A stretch of DNA of 64,000 nucleotides from Octopus sinensis (GCF_006345805.1 NC_042998.1:46500001-46564000), one strand, 5' to 3'. Counted from the stretch's first letter, positions 28,968 through 42,695 are shown. The notes: generated by a model from the letters alone, not told the origin. Translations and numbers: made by a program.

Positions 28968-29275
28968 AGAGGCGCAATGGTCCAGTGGTTAAGGCAGTGG
29001 ACTCGCGGTCGGAGGATCGCGGTTTCGATTCTCAGACCGGGCGTTGTGTATGTTTATTGAGCGAAAACACTTAAAGCTCTACGAGGCTCCGGAAGGGGTG
29101 GTGGCGATCCTTGTTGTACTCTTTCGCCCCAACTTTTTCTCACTCTTTCTTCCTGTTTCTTGAGTAACACTGCGAATGACTGGCGTCCCGTCCAGCTGGG
29201 GATAACATATAAGCCACAGAAACCGGGAAACCGGGCCCATGAGCCTGGCTAGGCTTGAAAAGGGTGCAAGAAGAC
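28968..29275 (+). mobile_element. SINE family C head with family D-type tail
   Basis: GGCGCAATGGTCCAGTGG head; tail GACTGGCGTCCCGTCCAGCTGGGG...GAGCCTGGCTAGGC shared with 46011. Confidence 0.8.
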
Positions 29276-29859
29276 ATAAGCGATAATATAGAAGATATAA
29301 ATATTGTTTTAACTACTCCAAGCAGCTAAGTGGTTTTCGAGCCGACCTTGGAGCCACTATACGGTCATTCAACCTACGAGAAAAAACAGTAAAGTTGCCT
29401 TCAAGTCACATTTTGTTGCCTTAAAAAGAAAAGGGAGAGCATTTTGGATGGTGTAGTCATAGATACACTGTATCTGAAAATTGAAGAAGCTGGAATGGTT
29501 ACGGCTGCAAAGACTTTGGCCATAGATCTGCTCAGTCAAAGCTGACCTGGGGTTAAACAACAACAATAACTACAAAATCTTTCTGAATCTATGACGGTAC
29601 CTTTAAAAGTTCATTTGCTTTGCTTGAAACAGCAGCCACATCGCCTTTAAATCCCACGCAGTTTTCATACAAAAAACGTAGGACACACTGGATAGTTCCC
29701 AGATACGGTGACTATCAAAAGTAAAGAACGGAGCGGTCTCGAATGGAAGCCCTTGAACAAAGGTCTTCTGGCTAGAGTTGGCTTTGTAGTAAGCAGCAGC
29801 AACAACAACAAAAATTTTATGAGGGCCAACATAATCGAATTTTTTATTTCGTGTTTCAG

Positions 29860-30084
29860 TAGATTTAACCCTTAACTTTATCAGTTAAGGGGGCAGTATT
29901 TCGAGGGAATTGATAGAATTTCGTTGCTACAATGATATGTCAGATAGTAATTTTATTTTATCGACCATGAGAGAATAAAAGGCAAAGTTGTCCTAGACAG
30001 CATTTGGACTCAGACCGTAAAGATGGACGAAATGCCGCTAAGCATTTTGTCCGGCATGCTAACTATTCTGCCTGCTCACCGCCT

Positions 30085-30085
<1 letters not shown>
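29860..30085 (-). mobile_element. SINE family A (degenerate), adjoining (TAC)n at 30086-30150
   Basis: Reverse-complement head ...TTCTGCCTGCTCACCGCC and body. Confidence 0.65.
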
Positions 30086-30152
<67 letters not shown>

Positions 30153-31336
30153 ATATAAAAATGTCTTTACAACAATAGTAATGGCTTCTAATATTGGTAA
30201 GTATCTATTTCAGCGATCATGGTGAGATGAAATATTAAGTTGAACTTATATTTTAAATAATTCTATTGCTGTCAAATTTTTGTTAGTTTACTTTGTAAGT
30301 ACTTGCTTTGTTATAGAAATTAGAAAGCTACAGGGACAAAATGAATAATTTTAAAGGGAGTGAGGATAGATAGCATCGACTCGTCAGTAGTTGACTGGTA
30401 CTCAAAGAATGAAAGGTAAAGTCAACAATGGCAGGATTCAAACTCAGGATGTAAAGAACCGAAACAAGAACTGCATGCAAAGCATTTTTTTCCGCCGATC
30501 TATTAACATTGCCAATTCCTCATGTTTATCAGCTTTGCGTACATTAATTTTCTCTGTGAAAGATGTATAGTCGGTCCCTGATGAAGTGGGTAGTAAGCGT
30601 TAAAACTAGCTACACCGATCTCTTGTTTCTGGTCACACAAAGAAGAACCAGTGGCCTACTTTACATAGCAAGATTAAGATATGTGTTTAATAAAAAATAC
30701 ACGCTGAAAGCTTACCTTACATCTCTCTCACCATATATACATATTCATACATACATGTATCTATAAGTACATACATATATACATATATATGCAAACACAC
30801 ATGCATATACCTCCTACACTCACATACGCTCGCGCGCAACAGTTATAGATATAGAGGTTACTAGTTTCAATGCTTGCATGCTGAACTGTGAATAACGTTA
30901 TATGAAATTTATTCAGCGGCTTGCAGGCCAGTCGTTTGATGTTGACAAACGTTTTTTAAAAATTTTCTTCTTTATGTAATGTATTATTGTTGCTAGTTCG
31001 TGATTGTCTGTAATGTATATTATGTTCAGTTTAATGAGTTTTTTGACACCCTATTTATTAATTCTATAGCCATTATGTACCATATGTATTTTATATGTCA
31101 TTTTCTTGTATCACATTTTTTTTTACTGGTTTCAGTCATTGTATTGCAGCTATGTTAGGGCACCGATTTAAAGGATATAGTCGGTCATATCCGTCACCGT
31201 AAGTGTTTCAGTCTAGTGTATATTTTATTCATTGCGAAACAAGCTGATTTATCGGATTCTGTCTGTCGAGTCGGGCGTTAATGGGATATGACAGAATACA
31301 GCATAATAATACTAGGTTTAAACCAAACAGACACGC

Positions 31337-31391
31337 ATGATTTTTGTATGACAGATTTGGAAATAAAAGGTAAACAGAAGTACTACAACAG

Positions 31392-31455
<64 letters not shown>

Positions 31456-31475
31456 AGAAGATGATGGTAGTGTTC
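31337..31475 (-). repeat. Inverted copy of 19164-19308 including (TAC)n
   Basis: Unique flanks match in reverse complement; the ORF track gives TTCCSTSVYLLFPNLSYKNH at both sites. Confidence 0.9.
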
Positions 31476-31784
31476 ATTCATACATATAATAATGTTTGTT
31501 TTTATGTATAAATATATATGTATAAAACAATCAAATATTAATTAATAGATCCCTCAGTATCTTTAAGTACTGTACGCACTTTATTTTTGCAAAGGAAATG
31601 TTGGCAGTAACTTCAAAGTTTAGTTTTAGTTACTGCCAACAAACACTTTGATGAAGCCACTGTCAACCATTCCTTTGTAAAAGTAACATATATCCTTCTT
31701 GTAAAACAACGTGTGTATGTATTTATGTATGTATGTGTTTACTTAACTTATGTATGCATGTATGTAGGTGTACACACACACATA

Positions 31785-33001
31785 TAGACATGACAGAAGT
31801 AAATAGATACCCTTATGATCATTAAAATGTCTTTAAATCTCAAATTATACAAATTATTTATTAATTATTATAATGTGAATATTTAATATTTAGTAGACAT
31901 GTCCATTGCTTTTTTCAATGCAAGGACCCTGACATGTTACTTATCAGACGACGAATATTTTCTTGCGGAATTTCTTGCCGAGTTTCATGCCATAATCTCA
32001 AAAGATCTGGCTTTGAGGACGCTTTCTTGTTCTGTTTATGAAGTGTCCTGTCCATTATGTCCCAGAAGTGTTCAATAGGGTATCCTATCTGGTGACTGGT
32101 TTGGCCATAGAAGCTTTATTAATATCATTCTCATCCAACAAAGCTTAGGTCATTTTAGCCGTGTGACAACGAGCCTCATCTTCCATAAATAAAGGGTCCT
32201 CTTTAATCATTTCACCATTGAAGAAGACTGGAAGAAGTCCTTTCTGCAATACGAACACATTTATCTGAGCTTATGTTTCCTTCACACTCCACCAGCTCTG
32301 ATTAACCATTGCTCCAAATTACTCCCCAGACCATCACTGAATAGCTGCAGTGTTTCATTGTTGGCTGCAATCTTTTCACATCGATTTCTTGATTACAGTG
32401 TCTCCAGACCCATCCTCGACCACTGTCAGGGAAGTACAGCAAATCTTGACTCATCAGAAAATATGACAGTGTCCCAAAATGCTAGTGGCTTCCCCTACAT
32501 CTCACAGGCCCAATCTTTTCTCCGCTTGATGTTGGCTGGTCGAAGAAGTGGCTTCCTTCTTGCTGCTCTGCGATAGTAATCAAGTTTGTGGAGATTCTTG
32601 ACCGCTGTTCTAGGACACATCAACTTGCTCTGCTATGTCAGAGGCCTTGCAACGAAGATTATCATTCACACTTCTCTTAGCAAAGAGAAGGGTCCTGTCA
32701 CAGGGCTCTGGTTGATCTGGGCGAGATGATGTGGACTCCTTCCCAACTCTGGTGAATTGCACAATCACTCTATTAACTGTGGAAAGCAGGATCCCAAGGT
32801 TTTCTGCGATTTTACGCTTTTCCACCTCCAGAATGCCCCACAATATGGCCTCTTTGAAATTCAGACTGTTCCAAGGCTAATTAAACAGCCACATATAGAA
32901 CCTGAAACATAAAACAATTAATAAAAAACATAAACCTTTACAAGTGAGAATAAACATAAAACGATGTTCTATGGGATGTATATTTACTTCTGTCATGTCC
33001 G
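31785..33001 (-). mobile_element. Full-length decayed Tc1 DNA transposon (transposase pseudogene ~31880-32850)
   Basis: TIRs (C/T)(G/A)GACATGACAGAAGTAAATA at both ends, TA TSD; HTH-like N-terminus, FWDTVIFSDESRF and LWPNQSPD motifs; many stops and frameshifts. Confidence 0.85.
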
Positions 33002-33016
33002 TATGTGTGTGTGTAC

Positions 33017-33156
<140 letters not shown>

Positions 33157-33719
33157 CATGCACACATGTATGTATGTACATACATACATACATAATATAT
33201 ACTATGTACATACGTGCATACTTACATCCCCCCATACACATATGCACACGCATACATAGTGAAAAGATTCAATAAAAGAACGTGGTGAATGAAATTGCGT
33301 CACTGTTTAAGGAATGTTATGATGTAATTCTTTTAAGTAACACTCAACTAATAATTTTAAAAACAATGAATGTGTATGCGTGCGTTCTTTTTGTATGCGC
33401 CCATCCAGATGCATATATGCGCACCTCATTTACAAATATATACGCAGAATAATATATGTAATATATGCATGCATACATATAGTCATATGTATATATACGC
33501 ATACGCGCACATGGGCACGCACCCACACAGTAAAACATATAACTATGAAACATCAAATAAACATTTCGAAACAAAGGCATTTTTCTGAATCAGGACGAAA
33601 TTCAAGGAAGCTTTCATATATCTGTGGCGCTAAATTTGTTTCATAGAACTCACACCTACAGTACAACGGCGATAACAACTGATCAGCCACCGATAGAACA
33701 ATTTCAGCCGCTAGATAAT

Positions 33720-33935
33720 AGCTAGAGTACGGATTTCAAATTTTGGCCCAAGGCCAGCAATTTTGGGGGAGAGGTAAGCCGATTACAACGACCCTTGTGC
33801 TTATTCTATCGACCTCAAAAGGATGAAAGGCAAAGTTAGCCTCGGTGGCAGATGAACACACAACGTAAAGATGGACCGAAATGTCTCTAAGCATTTTGCC
33901 CGGCGTGCTTACGATTCTGCCAGCTGGCCGCCTTA
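33720..33935 (-). mobile_element. SINE family A
   Basis: Reverse-complement head and tail present. Confidence 0.75.
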
Positions 33936-35169
33936 ATAGCTAGAATATTAATAACTGTAAGCATAACACAAAGGTTTAATAAGGAATTAAGTAAAACTCT
34001 TTATAATGTCAAAATTAGAGCGTAACCAACTGTTCAATAATACGCAAGCACACTCAAATACAATTACACACACATATGTGCGTATGCACACACTCATAGA
34101 GCATCTTTGGCATCTCTCATCGAAGGTCTGTATCCAATGATTCAGCAAAGAGGTCATGAGACATGGAGAACAGTTAAGACTCAGGGTCCCTGTTTATGGT
34201 CCACTTCCTTCCGTCGTTGTCTTATACCAACCATTTCTTTGTTGTTACTTTCAAACTAGTAACGTCTAAAGACACTTTTATATTTGACACGCATACAAGG
34301 GCATTTGTTTGAACAAACAAGGGAAACAGAATTTAAGTTATAAGAAGCGAAACTACCCTTTATATTTGGCTGTAAAGTTAGATAGCAAGAGCTAAGAATG
34401 CACTTATGAAGTTTGAGCCACTAATCTAAATTTGCGGCGAAATAACAAGTGTATGTGTGTGTATATAATGTGAATATACAATGTGTATATATAATGGTTA
34501 TATAAATGTATATATATCTATATATGTATATATATATATATATATGTATACCATATGTAACGTATATATTATATCATACCTTGATATTGTCTGGACTAAG
34601 ATCCCCGCTGAAAAGCCGCTGGTATTTATTGAGTGTTAAACACTTTCGGTATGGAAATTAGGGAATCCTTCATAGAGTAACTGCTGCATTTGTTGAATAT
34701 ATAAATAGTTTGGCTGCTTGTTTTCAGTCTGCAGAAAAATGTCTCTGCAGATGTATTTACATACATATATGCTACGACGTACGAAGAGCGAAAGACATAG
34801 GGATACATTGGTAACGAGAATAATTCTGCTGCGACGTGGATGTGGGATGGAAGTTATTTTGATCTGTAGTACCAAGTTTAAGTAAGTGCATATTTTCCAC
34901 GTGCTTATTCTGGCTAGGCTTTTCGCCAGCGGTGTAAAGAAAGGGGGTTAACTCTAACTGAGGATTTTGCCCCCATCACTGTAGTAGGGAAACCATTTCG
35001 ATTCCCTAATTCTGAGAGAATACAATACATTGAACACAGAAAAAATATATTTCAAATGGTGTGAACAGTAATTCTCTCTCTATTCATCTCTCTCTTTCCC
35101 TCTTTCTCCGTCTGTCTTACTCTTTCAAGTTCACCTTTGAATGTACATATAATATGCACCATATATATA

Positions 35170-35268
35170 ACAAACTGAAAGAAGCGGCTCAGGATAGAAC
35201 TGACTGGAGGACACTGATCCATGGAGTAACCGAGAGTCGACTTCGACTGAGCGGATAGATAGATAGAT
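35170..35268 (+). mobile_element. RTE/BovB-like LINE extreme 3' end with (GATA)n tail
   Basis: KLKEAAQDRTDWRTLIHGVTESRLRLSG* resembles the BovB C-terminus (…HGVTKSRTRLSD); followed by GATAGATAGATAGATA. Confidence 0.7.
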
Positions 35269-35930
35269 AACAAGCGTGTGTAAGTACGTACTTGTGATTA
35301 AACTTATATATTTATATACATTTATAAAATGAGTACCCATCAAGTATTGTTTGGTAACTTAACCAACAATCGGCCTTGGTCAAAATGTTACACCTTATAC
35401 ATATGTTGAGGTTGCATGTACTAGTGGTTAGGGCATTGCCCTCAGAAACGACGACCTTAACGTTTTTGTCTAACAAATCCTCCCACAAGGCTTTGGTCGG
35501 CAGTTTCAAAAAATCGCTGAAACAATGCCATAAGCGCTTTTTAGCCTTCTTCCCTGGGACAAGTCAGAGAGCAAAGGTATGAGATTTTGGCTGGGCTGTT
35601 TTGACCCTGCCTACTTGATGACACTGATTCGACACCGACTAATTTGTCATCAGACGCTTTGTCTCGGAGGACCTTTTGGCACCGGGATAATTTTACTTTT
35701 ATTGTCTTCTCTCTTTCTGTTTTTCTCTCTCTCTCCCTCTCTTTCACACTCTCTCACTCCCTCTCTTTTTCTTTATCTCTCTCGGTGTTTATGTGTGTAA
35801 GCATACTTCTCTTCCAATGTATAACGAGACGGAAAAAGTGTTTGCGGCAATCAGTTTCAATTAATAAATTGCAATGTCTCTCTGCCTCATTACCTTTATA
35901 TCTACTTCACTATTTACATCTCCCCCTTTC

Positions 35931-36026
<96 letters not shown>

Positions 36027-36055
36027 CCTACCTACATGCCTGCCTGCCTGCCTGC

Positions 36056-36141
<86 letters not shown>

Positions 36142-36178
36142 CCTACCTACCTACCTACCTACCTACCTACCTACCTAC

Positions 36179-36216
<38 letters not shown>

Positions 36217-36805
36217 CAGGGATGCCCCCTCTCGGCGCTTCTATACGTATTGACTCTTGAGCCACTACTGCGGAAGCTGGCGACTCTGAGGGGCATCCCG
36301 CGAGAATTGGGATGCGGGACGAGCGTGTCTGCATACGCGGACGACGTCACCGTCATAGTGTCAAGCCACGGGCACATCGAGCGGGTCGGCGAGACACTGA
36401 AAGACTACGAAGCGGTGACAGGAGCAAAAATCAACCGGGAAAAGTCAGTGGGCTTGCGGCTCGGCACCTGGAGAAGCAAGCCCATGCCGTCTACCAGTAC
36501 CTCCGTCGTGGGACGCTGGACAGTCGGCCCGGTTGAGTTGCTCGGGGTCTGGTTCGGTCCAGACCTCCAAATGGAGAAGAACTGGAACGAGATAACGAGT
36601 AGGGTGGTCACTCTCGCCCAGCAATGGGCCGAGAGGAAACTGTCCCTAAAATGTCGGGCGGAGGTGGCGAACATGCACATCGCGTCCATCATCTACTACC
36701 GCCTGACCGTCGTACCTTGTCCCGACCCTACCATCACCAAACTAGAACGCATTCTCTTCCGCTTCTTGTGGAAAGGATGCGTCCCGATGGTCAGGCGATC
36801 CATTT

Positions 36806-37324
36806 GCTAAATCAATAAGCGAAAGTATGGCACATGTTTTCTTGTCATAGTCGCTCGTGAGTGACGGCTGGTTACCGTGTACTGTATTACACAAATGAAA
36901 ATGCAAGTCATCCTGTATAGGTTTTCGAACTAAGATCTGCAGTAGCAGTTACACTTTGCTTCAATGATCAAAACATATTTGGAGATTATTTACATTATTT
37001 ACATTCGACGGATATTGTCCTCATCTTGTTTGTTGTTAACACAACGTTTCAGCTGATATACCCTCCAGCCTTCTTCAGGTGCCTTGGGGAAATTTCGAAC
37101 CTGGGTTCTCATTCTAAGGTATTTTTCGATCTTCTTCTTCTTCTTCTTCTTTTCTTCTTCTTCTTCTCTTCTTCTTCTTCTCTTCTTCTTCTTCTTCTTG
37201 TTCAGGTCACTGCTTGGAATCCAACTAGGAATCTTGGGTTAGTAGCCCGCGCTCTTACCACTACTCGCCATATACCCATGGGCATATTCCAAGATTCCGA
37301 GTTCGATTCCAAGCAGTGACCTAA

Positions 37325-37391
<67 letters not shown>

Positions 37392-37434
37392 GATCAACTA
37401 ATGATTAATAAAGCCGTAACTGAAGACAGCCACA
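36806..37434 (+). repeat. Direct copy of 40061-40649 inserted in Tx1 ORF2
   Basis: Colinear match except for microsatellite lengths and scattered single-base differences. Confidence 0.9.
37037..37085 (-). ncRNA. Minimal type I hammerhead ribozyme motif (duplicated copy)
   Basis: GGCAC-CUGAAGA-A-GGCUG[GAGGGUAUAU]CAGCU-GAAACGUU-GUGUU. Confidence 0.6.
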
Positions 37435-38713
37435 CCCGTTAAAAGGAGGGCTGGGCATGCCGTGGTTGATGATGCGCAGACACGCGCTGAGACTGCGACA
37501 TCTCCGGCTCTATGTAGACGACGGTGAACAGGTGTGGTCGCCGTTTGTGAGGCACGCATTCCCGCAACTCGTCTCCATGACCGAACTGCAGTCGTGGATC
37601 AAAAAGAGGCCGAGGAAGGGCGAATGGCACCGCGAGTGTCGCGTTGCTCTCTAGCAACTCTGCCGTCCCGGGTCGACCTTGAGTGACTTCAACACAACCA
37701 AAGCATTCTATAGGGGATTAGTGGAGGGGAGGTACGACGACGATCTCGGGGCAAACCTGGGCGTCGACGAGGAATACTTGACCCGCCTGTTTCAAACGAC
37801 TTTCGGCCCGGGACCTATGGACAACTTCCAGAGATCCCTGGCCTGGCGGTGCTACCGAGAAGCGCTACCCGTTCGGGATAAGCTCTATAGGCATGGCTCG
37901 AGAAACACGGGGCCGACCTGCCCGAGATGCGGGCAGAGCGACGAAACTGCTCTGCACGCAATCGTGCAGTGTCCAGCAATTTCCGACCTGTGGGCTTATG
38001 TCGAACGACTGCTGTCACGTGTGGGACGTGTCGGTTTATCAGCCGAGTCTATCGTTAATATCGTCACGCCCCCTTCCTTCAAACGGGAAGGAAGAGCTAT
38101 TTTTATCATACCTGTGGCTATGGCGAAAGAATGTATCTGGTGGACGCGCCTGAAAGGATTAGAGACAAACACTTTCCTCTCTGGTCAATCTCTCATCAAC
38201 TTCTTCAAGTATCACTTGAAGAGGAAAGTGAGAGTAGAGAGGCAAGTTTTGTCTAGTGAATGTTTTAAAAAAAGATGGGTGAATGTAGCAAGGATGGCAC
38301 GTATGAATGACGAAGCCACCCTGACTATAATTCTATGAACCGTAAAAATTAATAGAGAGTTGCTTATTTGCAAAAAAAAAAAAAAAAAGAAATATAACAT
38401 GTGACTTCATTGACCGAGGTTAGCGTGGTCTTTTCCGTAGGCTTTTCTTTCCACGGGTAAACCTCACCTGTCCTCCCCTTTACACTTCATATTGACATTT
38501 CTGTGATTACGATCCCTATTGATCAACTTTTTTTTCCTCTCCCCTTTTCTCCCCCCCCCCTTTTTTAAATCCTCACCTTTTTTTGTCCTCTTTCTTTCCT
38601 TTTACGATCCCTTTTGATCGAAAACCAATCCCCTCTTTTTTACCCCAAAAGAAAAGCTCTACCTTGTAATTTGTTCTGTCTGTGTGCAGCCCTGTGTGGC
38701 TAATAAAGAAACA

Positions 38714-38778
<65 letters not shown>

Positions 38779-38812
38779 GCCTATCTACCTACCTACCTAC
38801 CTACCTACCTAC

Positions 38813-38887
<75 letters not shown>

Positions 38888-38888
38888 C

Positions 38889-38999
<111 letters not shown>

Positions 39000-40239
39000 A
39001 TCTATCTGTCTGTCTGTCTGTATGTCTGTCTATAATATTTGACTCTAAATTAGTGGAACTGATTCTGATTTGAAATACTTTCGTCTATATTTGTTATATT
39101 ATTTCGGTCATAAACCTTCCTTCTTTTTTTTTTTTTTTTTTCTTACAAAAATGTTTTCTCAGTAACCTTGAATCTTCAAGTTGCTGAACAACATACGTGA
39201 GCTTTTACGTAAGATATTAATTGGATGGAAAATTGCATTCGTGTTTGTATGATTCATAAACGTTTAACAAAAATTTATTCACATATTATTTGAAAACCGG
39301 CACTTTGAAAATATCAAGCGTTATGGCAGTGAATTAATCATGAGAATTACGCCAGAGAAAGGCCTACTGGTTTTCTACAATAGAATAAAATAGAATATAG
39401 TTAACGCTGGAATACTCAATGAATCGCAATTTATTCTCGTTATTGCATAAAGGATATTCCGCCGAGATCGACTTTGACTTTCATCTTATCGGTGTCGTTA
39501 AAATAAGTACCAGTCATATACTGAGGGCGTTGTAATTGATTTTCCCTTTCCCTCAAACCTTTTGGCCTGTGTCAAAATTTGAAACATTTATTACATAAAG
39601 GATATAAATATATACATACTGTTTTATAGTATGTCATCTCCTTTAAGAACCACACACACACGCTGCCACACACACACACATACTGTCACACACACACATA
39701 TGTATTTGTATATATACGGGTGTATATACCTGTATGTGTGCCTGTGTATATGTGCGTCATGGCAATGTAAATGATTTCTGAGGAAGATATAAGTAAATGA
39801 ATCGAATCTAGTATTTAACCGATGTTTGATTTATCCCATATTACATGTGTATATATGCAAAAAGAAAATATACGTACATAAGAGAAATGGATGGCTAAAC
39901 TACAACTGATTGGTCAGAGAGTGTCGATTATGTCGCACTCAGCTGTAATTGGCATCGACGAAGCCCCCTCTCTCTTCAACTATCATGTCCTAAATTCTCC
40001 ACAGGGTCCACTGGTGAGGAAGCCGATAGGATATCTATGTCTGCTGCAACTACATAGCTAGCTAAATCAATAAGCGAAAGTATGGCACATGTTTTCTTGT
40101 CATAGTCGCTCGTGAGTGACGGCTGGTTACCGTGTACTGTATTACACAAATGAAAATGCAAGTCATCCTGTATAGGTTTTCGAACTAAGATCTGCAGTAG
40201 CAGTTACACTTTGCTTCAATGATCAAAACATATTTGGAG

Positions 40240-40504
40240 ATTATTTACATTATTTACATTCGACGGATATTTGTCCTCATCTTGTTTGTTGTTAGCACAA
40301 CGTTTCGGCTGATATACCCTCCAGCCTTCTTCAGGTGTCTTGGGGAAATTTCGAACCTGGGTTCTCATTCCTAAGGTATTTTTCGATCTTCTTCTTCTTC
40401 TTCTTCTTCTTCTTCTTCTTCTTCTTGTTCAGGTCACTGCTTGGAATCCAACTAGGAATCTTGGGGTTAGTAGCCCGCGCTCTTAACCACTACGCCATAT
40501 ACCC
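40240..40504 (-). mobile_element. tRNA-headed SINE-like/Penelope-derived element containing a hammerhead ribozyme
   Basis: A box TGGCGTAGTGG, mutated B box TAGTTGGATTCC, (AAG)n spacer, HHR motif, 3' GTAAATAAT repeats. Confidence 0.65.
40294..40341 (-). ncRNA. Minimal type I hammerhead ribozyme motif
   Basis: GACAC-CUGAAGA-A-GGCUG[GAGGGUAUAU]CAGCC-GAAACGUU-GUG: intact core, 5-bp stem II, palindromic ACGU stem III. Confidence 0.65.
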
Positions 40505-40551
40505 ATGGGCATATTCCAAGATTCCGAGTTCGATTCCAAGCAGTGACCTAA

Positions 40552-40603
<52 letters not shown>

Positions 40604-40606
<3 letters not shown>

Positions 40607-42625
40607 GATCAACTAATGATTAATAAAGCCGTAACTGAAGACAGCCACAGAAAGAAGAAAGGCCTCAGTATGGCCTGGATTGACTACAAAAAGGCGTTCG
40701 ATAGCATCCCCCACACATGGATCCTCGAAACACTAGCCATTAACAAAGTAGCACCAACAATCATAAAATTCATAGAGCACTCTATGAATAAATGGCAAAC
40801 AGTCCTACACCTCCAAACAAAAGAGGGACTCATGAAAACCAAAGACATCCCCATTAGGAGAGGAATATTCCAGGGAGACACGCTCTCTCCACTCCTTTTC
40901 TGCTTGGCACTGTCACCTCTATCTGATATGCTAAATAGAACTGGATGCGGATATAAATGTTACGGCAAAGCGATCAGCCACCTTTTATATATGGATGACC
41001 TAAAACTATACGCTGCAAATGACAAACAGCTGGAAACACTATTAAAGACAGTTCATGGATTTACCAAAGAAATAGATATGAAATTTGGATTAGAAAAATG
41101 CGTCAAAGTAACCATGAAAAGAGGAAAACTAGTTAAGTGTAACAACATCACACTAGATAAAACCAATGAATTAAAAGAATTAGACCAAAGCCAAACTTAC
41201 AAATACTTAGGAATCCATGAACTAGACAAGACACAACACACACAAATGAAAGAGAAAATAAAAAAAGAATATTATAGACGAGTTAGATCAATACTAAAAA
41301 CAGAGCTCAATGCTAAAAACAAGATAATAGGTATCAACACTTTAGCTGTCCCAGTTATAAGTTACAGCTACAATATCCTTAACTGGACACGAAATGAACT
41401 GTCCAAAATAGATAGGAAAACAAGAAAAATAATGACAGGATCTAGGATGCATCACCCAAAATCTGACATAGAAAGACTATATATACAACGTATAGAAGGT
41501 GGTAGAGGCCTTATACAGCTGGAAAACTACTATAAAATAACCACCATAGGACTGCAGAAGGAAGGAAAACTGATCCAGATAGCAGCAAAACACGAGCAAA
41601 ACAAAAAACTGTTCTCAGTATTTAAGGAAGCTGACAAATACAAACAAGAAATCATACCACCTAATAAACATGAAGAAGAAGAAGAAGATGATGAAGAAAC
41701 AACAAAAGCTATAAAACAAATGAAATCCAAACTAAAAATAGAACAGCAACGAACCATGATAAAACGATGGCAAGAAAAGCCCCTTCATGGTAAATACTGC
41801 ACTAAACTAAACGCAAAAGAAATAGACAAAGAAAAATCCCAGCAATGGTTGAGAAGCTCAGGACTCAAAGCAGAAACAGAGGGATTTTTAATTGCAGCAC
41901 AAGACCAAAGCCTCCCCACCAGAAATTACCAAAAACATGTAATGAAAATAAATATTACAAGTAACTGCAGAGTATGTGGAGATGGACAAGAAACAATAAA
42001 TCATATATTCTCTAGCTGCCCAGTCCTGGCTAAGAAGGAATATATTCACAGACATGACAGAGTTGGAACCTACATACATTGGAAGCTATGCCAACATTAT
42101 GGAATAACAACAGAAAAAAGATGGTATAGGCACACACCAGAAAGGTCACAGAAAACGAGAAAGCAACCATACTCTGGGATATGCCGATACACACATATAG
42201 AGAAATTAAGGCCAACAGACCAGATATAGTTGTCAGAGATCATGAAGAAAAAAAATGCTTTCTAATTGATGTATCAATACCGGCAGATGACAACGTGTCT
42301 CTAAAAGAAAGGAGAACTCTCAAAATACGAAGACCTGGAAATAGAGGTAACCAGAATGTGGAATCTGAAAACAGAAACAATTCCTATCATAGTAGGTGCA
42401 TTAGGCATGATAAAAAATATTCAGATAAATACATAACAAAAACACCAGGACTTACAAACACATATAACATACAGAAAATTGCACTACTAGGCACTGCACA
42501 CATCCTATGCAGAACACTTTCCATACAATAACCATCAGAGCATCACAACAAATCACAGCACATACCCAAGGCACACAGAGCTGCGCTCGGTAGTGAAGTG
42601 AAAGCACGCTATAAAAATAAAACTA

Positions 42626-42628
<3 letters not shown>
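40604..42628 (+). mobile_element. 5'-truncated R4/Dong-like non-LTR retrotransposon (RT, CCHC knuckle, restriction-like endonuclease)
   Basis: AWIDYKKAFDSIPH, GIFQGDTLSPLLF, LLYMDDLKL, CRVCGDGQETINHIFSSC, RHD, RPDIVV..IDVSIP; 537-aa open frame then frameshifts; (AAT)n on both sides. Confidence 0.85.

Positions 42629-42695
<67 letters not shown>

Larger units (their letters stand above)
36216..38715 (+). mobile_element. 5'-truncated Tx1 copy interrupted by a 630-bp insertion at 36809-37434
   Basis: Begins at [10 protein letters not shown] directly after (TCTA)n; highly similar to 21993-23881; ends AATAAAGAAACATA plus (TCTA)n. Confidence 0.9.

Noticed and set aside
35644-36810. 388-aa ORF as a novel fusion protein
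   Set aside because: Chance in-frame run of (TCTA)n into a 5'-truncated Tx1 RT fragment; ends at the templated insertion.
40431-40552. CRISPR-like repeat-spacer or genuine tRNA gene
   Set aside because: Only one 34-bp inverted pair from two head-to-head element fragments; no full cloverleaf, no array, no cas genes; eukaryotic context.
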